DNA of 64,000 nucleotides from NCBI GenBank assembly GCA_017524785.1, contig JAFXUY010000063.1, positions 586 through 64,585 of the forward strand, given 5' to 3'. Positions within the stretch are counted from its first letter, which is position 1; the number at the start of each line of letters is the position of its first letter. Below are positions 54,527 to 61,786 of this stretch, piece after piece. The translations under genes and the position numbers were made by a program. This DNA comes from Bacteroidales bacterium. GTDB taxonomy: Bacteria; Bacteroidota; Bacteroidia; Bacteroidales; P3. Under the pieces are notes generated by a model. It saw nothing but the letters and a program-made list of their open reading frames with translations. It did no database searches and was not told where the DNA came from.

Positions 54527-57500
54527 TCATTTATAAAAGTAGTCGTTTACCTTCGCACGATAGTAGGGCTGAAGGGTTGGCGGCACAGTGCGCAACTGGT
54601 CAGTAGCAGGCTTGAGCTGCTTGTTGTATTTCTCAAGCTCGGCTGGCGAAGGTTGACTGTAGAGGTCGTTGGCCTCGTGACTCTCGCGGCGCTCCTCTTT
54701 CTCGCGCTGCATCTCGGCTTTCTCGTGCTGCAGCAGGCGCGTCATAATCTGTTGCTGGCGCTGTATTGTCTGCTGGGTGATGGTGCGGTTCACAAGGTCG
54801 GTCTCGGTCTGTTCCATCTGGCGCATCATCTGGTCTATCTCACGTGCCAGTTTACCGTTTCCGGCATCGCTCTCTTTCATTTCCTGACCATACTGCTGCA
54901 TCATGCGACGTATCATCTCCTGCTGTGCAGCCATGCGCGCAAACTCCTCGCTCATCTGCTGCCCCTGCCCTATCTTGTGGCGTCCGCCCTCTTTGTTTCC
55001 CTGCTTGTCGAGCTGCTTCTTCAAGGCTTCCATCTGCTTGTTGAGCTCCTCCTGCATCTGGCGCATCGACTTGGGCGACGGCTTTCCTTTGCCTGGATTG
55101 GAGCACTGGCTGTTGCTCTTGCCGGGGTTCTTGCACTGTCCGTTCTTCTTCTTCTGGCTGTTCTGACGCATCTGGTTCTGCATCTGGTCGAGGCTTTCGG
55201 CAAGCACCAAGGCAAGGTTGTTGAGCGACGTCATGCTGTACTGCATAGACCGCGCGGCATTGGTGTTCTTGTAGGAGCCGTAGAAACTCTGGTTCATATC
55301 CAACAAGCCAGACAGCGACTGGCTTATGTTGCTGTTCACCGAGCCTACTTCCTTGGTTATCGCCGAGGCCACCTGCAACTGACGGCGAGCCATGGAACGC
55401 AGCGAATCCTCGACATTGCGGAAGTCGTCCTTGACACGGTTCTGACGTGTGATAATGGTCTGGTACTTCGGGTCCTGTATATATATGGCGTTGAGGTCGG
55501 AGATAAGCCCCTCCTGATTGAACGAGAGGCGCACGAGGTTCTTCAGTAGTTGCCGCACCTGTTCGGCATCCTCGGCGAGGTCCTGCTGCTCGGCGTCGAC
55601 CTGCGCTTCGGCCAGTGCCTCACTGAGTTTCTCCATATCGTCGGCAGCCTCCTGCTGCTGCTTGCCGGCATCTTTGTTCTTGCCCTTCTGCAGGCTTTGC
55701 TGAGCCTCGTTCTGGTGCTGCTCCACCTGCTTCTCAAGCTCCTCGGGCACCTTGAAATCGGTACTGGGGTCCAGGTCCTTGTAGTCCTGCTTTATCTGGT
55801 CTATATCCTGCTTCAGCTGCTGGAAACGGTCGTTCATCTCCTGCTGTCTCTGCTGCAACTCTTCCTTATCTTTGCCCTTGGCTTTCTCTGTCTCTTCGCC
55901 AAGTTTGCGCTGCTCCTCGGCCAGACGGTCCATCTTTTGTATCGTCTGTTCCACCTTCTTCTCTATCTCGAGGCGCTTCATCAGCTCGATATTTTGGTCG
56001 AGCTGCCGCTCCAGTTCAGCGTTGTCGAGCTTTATCTTCTCCAGCTCCTGCTGCACTTTCTGCTTGTCCATCTCTTTCATCAGACGGTCTATTTCGGCCA
56101 TCGTCTCCTTCATCTTCTCGTCCATCACCTCGTTCATCAGGCGGTCCAGCTCACGCTGCTTCTCCATCAACTGTTCGCTCTGCTCGCGGTATTTCTGCTC
56201 CAGACGGTTGTTCTCCTGAATATGCTGCTGCATCTGCTGCATCATGGCCTTAACCTGCTTCTGCTTCTCGGCAATCTGCTCCAGGTCCTTCTTATCCTGC
56301 CAGTTCAATTCCTTCTTGTCTACCAGACGCCGCATCATCTCGTTTATCTCCTCCTGCAGTTTCTGCAACTCGCTCATCTGTGCGTCGGCACTCTGGCGTA
56401 CCTCGGTGTTGCTCTGCTCGAGCATCTGGTCTAGCTCCTCGGCGGTGGGAATCTTAATCTCGAACACCTGCGAGCGGGCAGTCTTGGGGCCGTGGATGGC
56501 ATCGTTGTCCGACACCTCGAACCAGTAGTTCAGCTCGTCGCCAGGAGCAAGGGTTAGCTCGGCAGTGTTGAACGAGAAGTAGAACTCCTGGCTAGCCTCG
56601 CCCGTAAGGGCAATTTCGGCCTCGCTGACGGCCTTTCTCGTCGTGTCGGCAGCATTGGTGGTCTTGTGTATGAAAACGAGCTTAGAAAAGCCGTAATCGT
56701 CCTTTATGCGCCCGCGGAACAGACGTCGGTCGGGATGCAGCGAGTCGAAAATCTCCTCGACGGCAATCATGGGCAGCGCATCGGCAATGGCCGACAGGGC
56801 AAACCGCAGCGTGTCGGACAGCACAGCATAGCCGTTGCTGACCGAGAAACCATACTCCATGTTCTGCATCACGCGGCGACTCACCTCAACGCGTCCGTTG
56901 TCGTCCACAGCGCCTCCCACCTTCCACATTCCGCTCGCCTCTTCGAAATGCAGCGTGTCGGCATCGCGCGTCTGGAACAACCAGCGCACCACCGTGCCTT
57001 CGGGCACCGCAGCATCGCCAATGTCCACCAGCGTCTCGTTCTTGCGACCAGTGTAGGGCGGGTAGGCCAGCACCATGCGGAACGACACCACCTGCGGGTT
57101 GGGCAGCATGCGCAGCACATGGCCTGCATCGACCACGCCGGCGGCCTCGAGCGAGAACTCCTGCGTGCGGTTCACCTGCTTGAAAGTGTATTGGAAAAGG
57201 GTAGGGGAGACCTTGTTCATCTTGAAGCGGCGCCCTTCGATATTGATAAAAGCCTCGTTGGGCAACGCTTCGCCGTCGACCTTGACGTCGAGTTGGAAGT
57301 CGTGGCCAGGCCACACCGAGAGGTCCTGCTGCATAATCTCGAAGCGGAACGGAGCCGGACGCTCGTAGACGGTGTTATAGTTTGCCAGGCGCTTCGACGG
57401 CTCGGTCACCGTACGGGGCGACACCAGCAGCAGCACAAGCAAGAGCAGCAGCGGCGGCAAGGCATATTTCAGGTAGCGGCGGTTGCCCTTGAGGTCTATG

Positions 57501-57943
57501 GCGTTGAGGAACGGCACGGGTCGCAGCTGCGCCGTCTTCTGCTCAACGGCGGCAAGCAGCAGGTCGTTCTCCGCCATACGCTCCCCGCTCTCCGAGTCCA
57601 TCAGCTGCAAGAGGTTGAGCAGCTTGTCGCTCACCTCGGGGAAATGCTTTCCGATGATGCGTGCCGCCTCGTTGTGCGAGATACGCTTGCCGAGGCCGTG
57701 CATTTTCAGCAGCGGACGCACCACAAACCACGCCAGCACAGCTGCCACAGCGGCTATGCCGGCCCAGAAAATCAACCCTCGTGCGAGGCTCGACAGCCAG
57801 CCGAAATGCTCCAACAGCACGGCAGCAAGGTATAGCGTGAACACTATGCCCACAGCATACAACGCGCCTTTAATCAGGAGGTTCTTATAGTACTTCCTGA
57901 TGAATGCGTCGAGTGCCTGTAGTATGTCGTGCTGCTGTTTCAT
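54527..57943 (-). CDS. large membrane-anchored protein with a long E/K/Q-rich coiled coil (DUF4175-like)
   Basis: 1138 aa from ATG 57943 (MKQQHDILQALDAFIRKYYKNLLIKGALYAVGIVFTLYLAAV...). Two N-terminal TM helices; the C-terminal half is low-complexity coiled coil. Confidence 0.72.
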   Translation of the reverse strand: MKQQHDILQALDAFIRKYYKNLLIKGALYAVGIVFTLYLAAVLLEHFGWLSSLARGLIFWAGIAAVAAVLAWFVVRPLLKMHGLGKRISHNEAARIIGKHFPEVSDKLLNLLQLMDSESGERMAENDLLLAAVEQKTAQLRPVPFLNAIDLKGNRRYLKYALPPLLLLLVLLLVSPRTVTEPSKRLANYNTVYERPAPFRFEIMQQDLSVWPGHDFQLDVKVDGEALPNEAFINIEGRRFKMNKVSPTLFQYTFKQVNRTQEFSLEAAGVVDAGHVLRMLPNPQVVSFRMVLAYPPYTGRKNETLVDIGDAAVPEGTVVRWLFQTRDADTLHFEEASGMWKVGGAVDDNGRVEVSRRVMQNMEYGFSVSNGYAVLSDTLRFALSAIADALPMIAVEEIFDSLHPDRRLFRGRIKDDYGFSKLVFIHKTTNAADTTRKAVSEAEIALTGEASQEFYFSFNTAELTLAPGDELNYWFEVSDNDAIHGPKTARSQVFEIKIPTAEELDQMLEQSNTEVRQSADAQMSELQKLQEEINEMMRRLVDKKELNWQDKKDLEQIAEKQKQVKAMMQQMQQHIQENNRLEQKYREQSEQLMEKQRELDRLMNEVMDEKMKETMAEIDRLMKEMDKQKVQQELEKIKLDNAELERQLDQNIELMKRLEIEKKVEQTIQKMDRLAEEQRKLGEETEKAKGKDKEELQQRQQEMNDRFQQLKQDIDQIKQDYKDLDPSTDFKVPEELEKQVEQHQNEAQQSLQKGKNKDAGKQQQEAADDMEKLSEALAEAQVDAEQQDLAEDAEQVRQLLKNLVRLSFNQEGLISDLNAIYIQDPKYQTIITRQNRVKDDFRNVEDSLRSMARRQLQVASAITKEVGSVNSNISQSLSGLLDMNQSFYGSYKNTNAARSMQYSMTSLNNLALVLAESLDQMQNQMRQNSQKKKNGQCKNPGKSNSQCSNPGKGKPSPKSMRQMQEELNKQMEALKKQLDKQGNKEGGRHKIGQGQQMSEEFARMAAQQEMIRRMMQQYGQEMKESDAGNGKLAREIDQMMRQMEQTETDLVNRTITQQTIQRQQQIMTRLLQHEKAEMQREKEERRESHEANDLYSQPSPAELEKYNKQLKPATDQLRTVPPTLQPYYRAKVNDYFYK

Positions 57944-57961
57944 CGTTGTGGAAACAAACTG

Positions 57962-57969
57962 CAAAAATA
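57962..57969 (-). promoter_or_regulatory. -7 promoter box TATTTTTG upstream of the DUF4175-like gene
   Basis: The reverse complement of CAAAAATA matches TAnnTTTG. Confidence 0.55.
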
Positions 57970-58000
57970 CGAATTATTTTCCGACCTTTAAAATTTTTCG

Positions 58001-58008
58001 TATCTTTG
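58001..58008 (+). promoter_or_regulatory. -7 promoter box TATCTTTG upstream of the SDR gene
   Basis: AAATTTTTCGTATCTTTGCACCC, 20 nt before ATG 58028. Confidence 0.6.
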
Positions 58009-58027
58009 CACCCAAAATCAAGCAACC

Positions 58028-58831
58028 ATGGAGCAACAGGTAATCATCATCACCGGCGCCTCGTCGGGCTTCGGCAAGGCAACCGCCGAAATGCTTTCAC
58101 AGAAAGGACACACCGTCTACGGCCTCTGCCGCCGCGCGATGCAGGACACTGCAATAAAATACCGCCAGTGCGACGTACGCAACCGCGAGCAGATAGCCGC
58201 CGTGGTGGCACAGATTGTCGCCGAGCAGGGTAGGGTAGACGTGCTCGTCAACAACGCCGGTATGGGCATCGGCGGAGCGCTGGAGCTGGCCACCGAGGAG
58301 GAGATAGACCTCCAGATGGGCACCAACTTCATGGGCTGCGTCAACATGTGCCAGGCTGTGCTGCCCTATATGCGTAAACAACGTTGCGGAAAGATTATCA
58401 ACCTCAGCTCCATCGGAGGTGTCATGGGCTTGCCCTACCAAGGCTTCTACTCAGCCTCCAAGTTTGCCATCGAGGGCTTCACCGAGGCCCTTGCCGCCGA
58501 GGTAACAGGTTTCGGCATCCGCGTCTGCATGGTAGAGCCGGGCGACTTCGCCACAGGGTTCACAGGCAGCCGCAAGAACAGCCAGGCCACCATGGACGAC
58601 CCCGACTACGGCCCCATTTTCAAGCGTAGCCTCGACATCATAGAGAAAGAGGAGAATGGCGGCCTGCAGCCCGAGGTGCTAGCCAGCCGCATAGTGAAAC
58701 TCGTCGAGAAGAAGAAGCCGCCTCTGCGTAATGTCGTCGCCAACCTCGAGCAGTGGCTGAGCACTGTCATCAAACGCGTTCTGACGGGCAACCAAATGGT
58801 GGGAATACTGAGGGATTACTACAAGAGCTAA
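58028..58831 (+). CDS. SDR-family oxidoreductase
   Basis: IIITGASSGFGKATAE cofactor motif, NNAG, and the YSASKFAIEG catalytic motif. Confidence 0.9.
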   Translation: MEQQVIIITGASSGFGKATAEMLSQKGHTVYGLCRRAMQDTAIKYRQCDVRNREQIAAVVAQIVAEQGRVDVLVNNAGMGIGGALELATEEEIDLQMGTNFMGCVNMCQAVLPYMRKQRCGKIINLSSIGGVMGLPYQGFYSASKFAIEGFTEALAAEVTGFGIRVCMVEPGDFATGFTGSRKNSQATMDDPDYGPIFKRSLDIIEKEENGGLQPEVLASRIVKLVEKKKPPLRNVVANLEQWLSTVIKRVLTGNQMVGILRDYYKS

Positions 58832-59514
58832 TCGCCACTATTGCCAACAGTGTCTGGAGCGATTATCTCCCAAGGTACTGTTGGTGCTGGGATTAAAACA
58901 TCCCGAATGCGCCCATAGAGGATCAGGTCATTCTTCATAGCACTACCTAACGGGTGCACTTCAAAACCAGGGTGGACTAAAAGACCGAAATGGATTTTGC
59001 TACCCGAGAGATCCCTTGAGGCACTATGGTCGCCATCAAATCGGCCATTAAAGTCCCACAGACGTGGGTCATGTGGACTAGTAATCAGCAGCCCCATATT
59101 GTGCAGCATGTTCTTCTGAGCCACAATAAGAATGGGTCTCAAATATCGAAACATTCCAGCATCATAGTACGGCATATTGCTAAGCTTCTCATCGCTTGGT
59201 GGCAGCACTACACTGCGCACCCAAGTGTCGCGCTCAAGATGCAGGCCATAGTAGCACATCAGTGTGTCGCCGAACTGCGTGACGAGAAAGGTATAGCTGC
59301 CGGGAGGGACATTCTTCATATTGTAGTTGCCCGCATAGTCGCTGTAGGCTTCGGCCACACTTGTCTTTCCTTGCAGCAGTTGCACATGGCACAATGGCAG
59401 CACATTGCCGTCGGCACCGTTCACCACAGTACCCGCAACATGCAGCATGTCCTGCGCCAACGCCTCTGTCAACGGCATTGCCAACGCCAGCAATATATTC
59501 ACCCAATACTTCAT
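58828..59514 (-). CDS. secreted protein with a carboxypeptidase-regulatory-like (CarboxypepD_reg) domain
   Basis: ATG 59514 gives MKYWVNILLALAMPLTEALAQD, then VAGTVVNGADGNVLPLCHVQLL...YSDYAGNYNMKNVPPGSYTFLV. Confidence 0.6.
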   Translation of the reverse strand: MKYWVNILLALAMPLTEALAQDMLHVAGTVVNGADGNVLPLCHVQLLQGKTSVAEAYSDYAGNYNMKNVPPGSYTFLVTQFGDTLMCYYGLHLERDTWVRSVVLPPSDEKLSNMPYYDAGMFRYLRPILIVAQKNMLHNMGLLITSPHDPRLWDFNGRFDGDHSASRDLSGSKIHFGLLVHPGFEVHPLGSAMKNDLILYGRIRDVLIPAPTVPWEIIAPDTVGNSGD

Positions 59515-59525
59515 ACCATTTTCAT

Positions 59526-60509
59526 TTACAACGTAAGGTCGAAAAACAACGTATCGCCAATTTGAATCTCGTAAGCCCTGCGGCCTTTCATGAAGAAATC
59601 GTCGTAGGGGAACAGGTGGAACACCCCTATGCCGTAGCACTCCTGCGAAGCCAATGTGGGACCGTAGCAACTACGGATGGTGACCCGCTCGCCCTGCAAA
59701 CCTGTGACAATGACCGTAGAACCGGTAACAGATATGGTCACACGCTGTTTCAGCGGCAGCGACGACGGCAGCGTATCGACATACGATGGCAGGAAGGCCG
59801 GCAGCCTCTCCGGTAGCGGTATCGGCTGGCGCAACGGCATGGGCGTAACTGTGTCTAACAGCATATCGACCGCCGCCGTATCGGCCTCCTTCGTGGTCCG
59901 TTCAGGCTCCTGGTTCTGTGGCATTGGCTCTGCCTCTTTGGAAGGTTCCGCACGGTGGAAAACTGCCCTATTCCACTGCGGTACTACGGCGATGGCTATG
60001 CCCGAAGCCACAGCGACAAGCAGCAGCACCGCCAGCACGCTGCGCATCTTTTGCAAGGCACGGTGCCACCGCTGGTAGACGGCATCGCGCGTAAGGCCTA
60101 GTGTTTCGGCAATCTCGTCGGCGCGGTAGCCCTCGAGATGCAGCCTCACCAACCGCTGGTCGTCGGGGTTCAAGACCGCCATCAGATGCTCTATTTCCTC
60201 CTTCTCCTGCGACGAATCGTCTGCCACGAGGGTTTCCGCCATCAGGGTCGTCAAAGGCTGCTGGAGGGGCCTCTGGAGGCGTCGTTGCAGGTCGAGCGAC
60301 GAGCGGCACTGCCAGTAGACCCACGAACGCACCTCGCCGGGGGTGGCGTCGAGCCGCAGCGTGTCGAAATGGAGCCACATGGCGATGGACACCTCCTGCA
60401 CCAAATCATTGCAGCGGGCCCAGTTGCCTTTGGCCGACAGCCAGCACATGCGCCACACCATCAAGCGGTTGCGGCGCAGCAGTTCTGTGTATGCATTTTG
60501 GCGGTCCAT
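59526..60509 (-). CDS. ECF-type sigma-70 factor fused to a transmembrane anchor and a ~150-aa extracytoplasmic domain
   Basis: ATG 60509 (MDRQNAYTELLRRNRLMVWRMCW). Region 2 (DLVQEVSIAMW) and region 4 (LEGYRADEIAETLGLTRDAVYQRWHRALQKM) run straight into the TM helix VLAVLLLVAVASGIAIAVV. Confidence 0.75.
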   Translation of the reverse strand: MDRQNAYTELLRRNRLMVWRMCWLSAKGNWARCNDLVQEVSIAMWLHFDTLRLDATPGEVRSWVYWQCRSSLDLQRRLQRPLQQPLTTLMAETLVADDSSQEKEEIEHLMAVLNPDDQRLVRLHLEGYRADEIAETLGLTRDAVYQRWHRALQKMRSVLAVLLLVAVASGIAIAVVPQWNRAVFHRAEPSKEAEPMPQNQEPERTTKEADTAAVDMLLDTVTPMPLRQPIPLPERLPAFLPSYVDTLPSSLPLKQRVTISVTGSTVIVTGLQGERVTIRSCYGPTLASQECYGIGVFHLFPYDDFFMKGRRAYEIQIGDTLFFDLTL

Positions 60510-60517
60510 ATACAATA

Positions 60518-60546
60518 TAATACACCTCCGACGACCGAAATCTGAC
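60518..60546 (-). promoter_or_regulatory. GTCAGA-N17-GTATTA promoter-like motif upstream of the fused sigma gene
   Basis: On the reverse strand: TGTCAGATTTCGGTCGTCGGAGGTGTATTATATT, 8 nt before the ATG. Confidence 0.5.
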
Positions 60547-60555
60547 ACCGAGGTG

Positions 60556-60563
60556 CAAAAATA
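60556..60563 (-). promoter_or_regulatory. -7 promoter box TATTTTTG upstream of the fused sigma gene
   Basis: TTTTTCGTATTTTTGCACC on the reverse strand. Confidence 0.55.
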
Positions 60564-60682
60564 CGAAAAAATAATTGCAATTTGACCCTAAAACCAGCAT
60601 TATACCCTGCACATTTACAGCACGATAGGCTTTTGACAATCAACTAACAGGCTGCAAATCAAGAACAAAGAGGCATCCCCTT

Positions 60683-60709
60683 CACATCAACCTCACATCA
60701 ACCTCACAT
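60683..60709 (+). repeat. 11-bp tandem repeat CACATCAACCT, about 2.5 units
   Basis: CACATCAACCT CACATCAACCT CACAT in the divergent intergenic region. Confidence 0.9.
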
Positions 60710-60876
60710 TATCGTCACCTTTACAACACCTATTAGTGTCGGTGATGTGTCGTTTGCTGGAACATAACCTGAGAATAATTTTTTTGTAATGCGGCCTATT
60801 TGCTTACCAACCGTGTGTTATGTAGCACTTTGAGTCCTATCGTACTTGGCAAATGGCTCATGTTTTGCCCCTTTTT

Positions 60877-60905
60877 GTCAGATTATGACCAAAAGGTGGG
60901 TATTA
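60877..60905 (+). promoter_or_regulatory. GTCAGA-N17-GTATTA promoter-like motif upstream of the lipoprotein pair
   Basis: TGTCAGATTATGACCAAAAGGTGGGTATTATATTTG. The segment AAGGTGGGTATTATATTT is 18 nt identical to the copy at 63381-63409. Confidence 0.5.
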
Positions 60906-60939
60906 TATTTGTAGGACATTGACCTAAATAAACAGTATT

Positions 60940-61350
60940 ATGAAAAAGACACAATTAATCGTTACGGCGGCGATTGCCGCTATGGCACTGGCCTTTGCGG
61001 CCTGCGAAAAAGAGCCGGAGGTTGTTCCTGCCCCAGAGACAACACCAAATCCCCTTGTCGGGACTACCTGGCTTTACCGTCTCGACACTAACATCATGGG
61101 CATCCATGTAGTGCAGGAAACGCGTCTTGCTTTCCATACCGACACCACAGGAGAAGACTGCATTGGCGGAGAGGACTCCTATTCCTCTTGGTGGGACACC
61201 ACATACCTTTTTAAGTATATTTTCCACCACGAGGTGAACGGAGTGGAGCTTTACGAGGACAATTCGCACATCCCCAGCTATTTCCGTTACCACCCCGAAA
61301 ATCAGACACTGACACAATCGGGAATCGTGTTCCACTTAGTTGAAGAATAA
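60940..61350 (+). CDS. small lipoprotein (paralog 1)
   Basis: MKKTQLIVTAAIAAMALAFAACEKEPE lipobox. Shares NPL.GT.W and L.F.TDTTGE with the next gene. Confidence 0.7.
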   Translation: MKKTQLIVTAAIAAMALAFAACEKEPEVVPAPETTPNPLVGTTWLYRLDTNIMGIHVVQETRLAFHTDTTGEDCIGGEDSYSSWWDTTYLFKYIFHHEVNGVELYEDNSHIPSYFRYHPENQTLTQSGIVFHLVEE

Positions 61351-61365
61351 AAAAATTATAATAAT

Positions 61366-61782
61366 ATGAAAACATTACGTCTATTCACACTGTTGGCCTT
61401 TATGGCCTCACTATCGGCCTGCGAGAAACCTTCAGTAGCCCCCGAAGTGACCCACAACCCCCTGAAAAGCACCGTGTGGGAGGCCTCATGGTATGAAACA
61501 CCTGGCGGAGAGTTTGACTTGTACACCGACCGCCTGCTGTTCAAGACCGATACGACGGGCGAGATTGTCTCTATTGTCAGTACAGTCTATTACTATGGCG
61601 ACAATCCCGGAACCCTGTGGGATACCATCGTGGCTATGACTTACAAACTCGACACAGTGAACAAAGAATTATATGTTTATTCCGATTATTCTGGTAATCC
61701 TAGCCATTTGAAGTATAGTCTCGAGGACGAGACAATGACTGTTGTCGGCAACGAACAGGTGGTCTATGTCCGCGTGATGTAG
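61366..61782 (+). CDS. small lipoprotein (paralog 2)
   Basis: MKTLRLFTLLAFMASLSACEKPS lipobox. Paralogous to 60940-61350. Confidence 0.7.
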   Translation: MKTLRLFTLLAFMASLSACEKPSVAPEVTHNPLKSTVWEASWYETPGGEFDLYTDRLLFKTDTTGEIVSIVSTVYYYGDNPGTLWDTIVAMTYKLDTVNKELYVYSDYSGNPSHLKYSLEDETMTVVGNEQVVYVRVM

Positions 61783-61786
61783 ACGG

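Noticed and set aside
55550-56434. 294-aa Leu-rich plus-strand ORF, together with the ORF at 54653-55549.
   Set aside because: It is the mirror image of the E/K/Q-rich coiled-coil coding region, because GAG/AAG/CAG codons read as CTC/CTT/CTG on the opposite strand. This is an artefact.
60683-60709. Possible CRISPR-like or other repeat-spacer array.
   Set aside because: There are only 2.5 directly abutting 11-bp units with no spacers, and no cas genes occur in the window. I found no repeat-spacer periodicity elsewhere.
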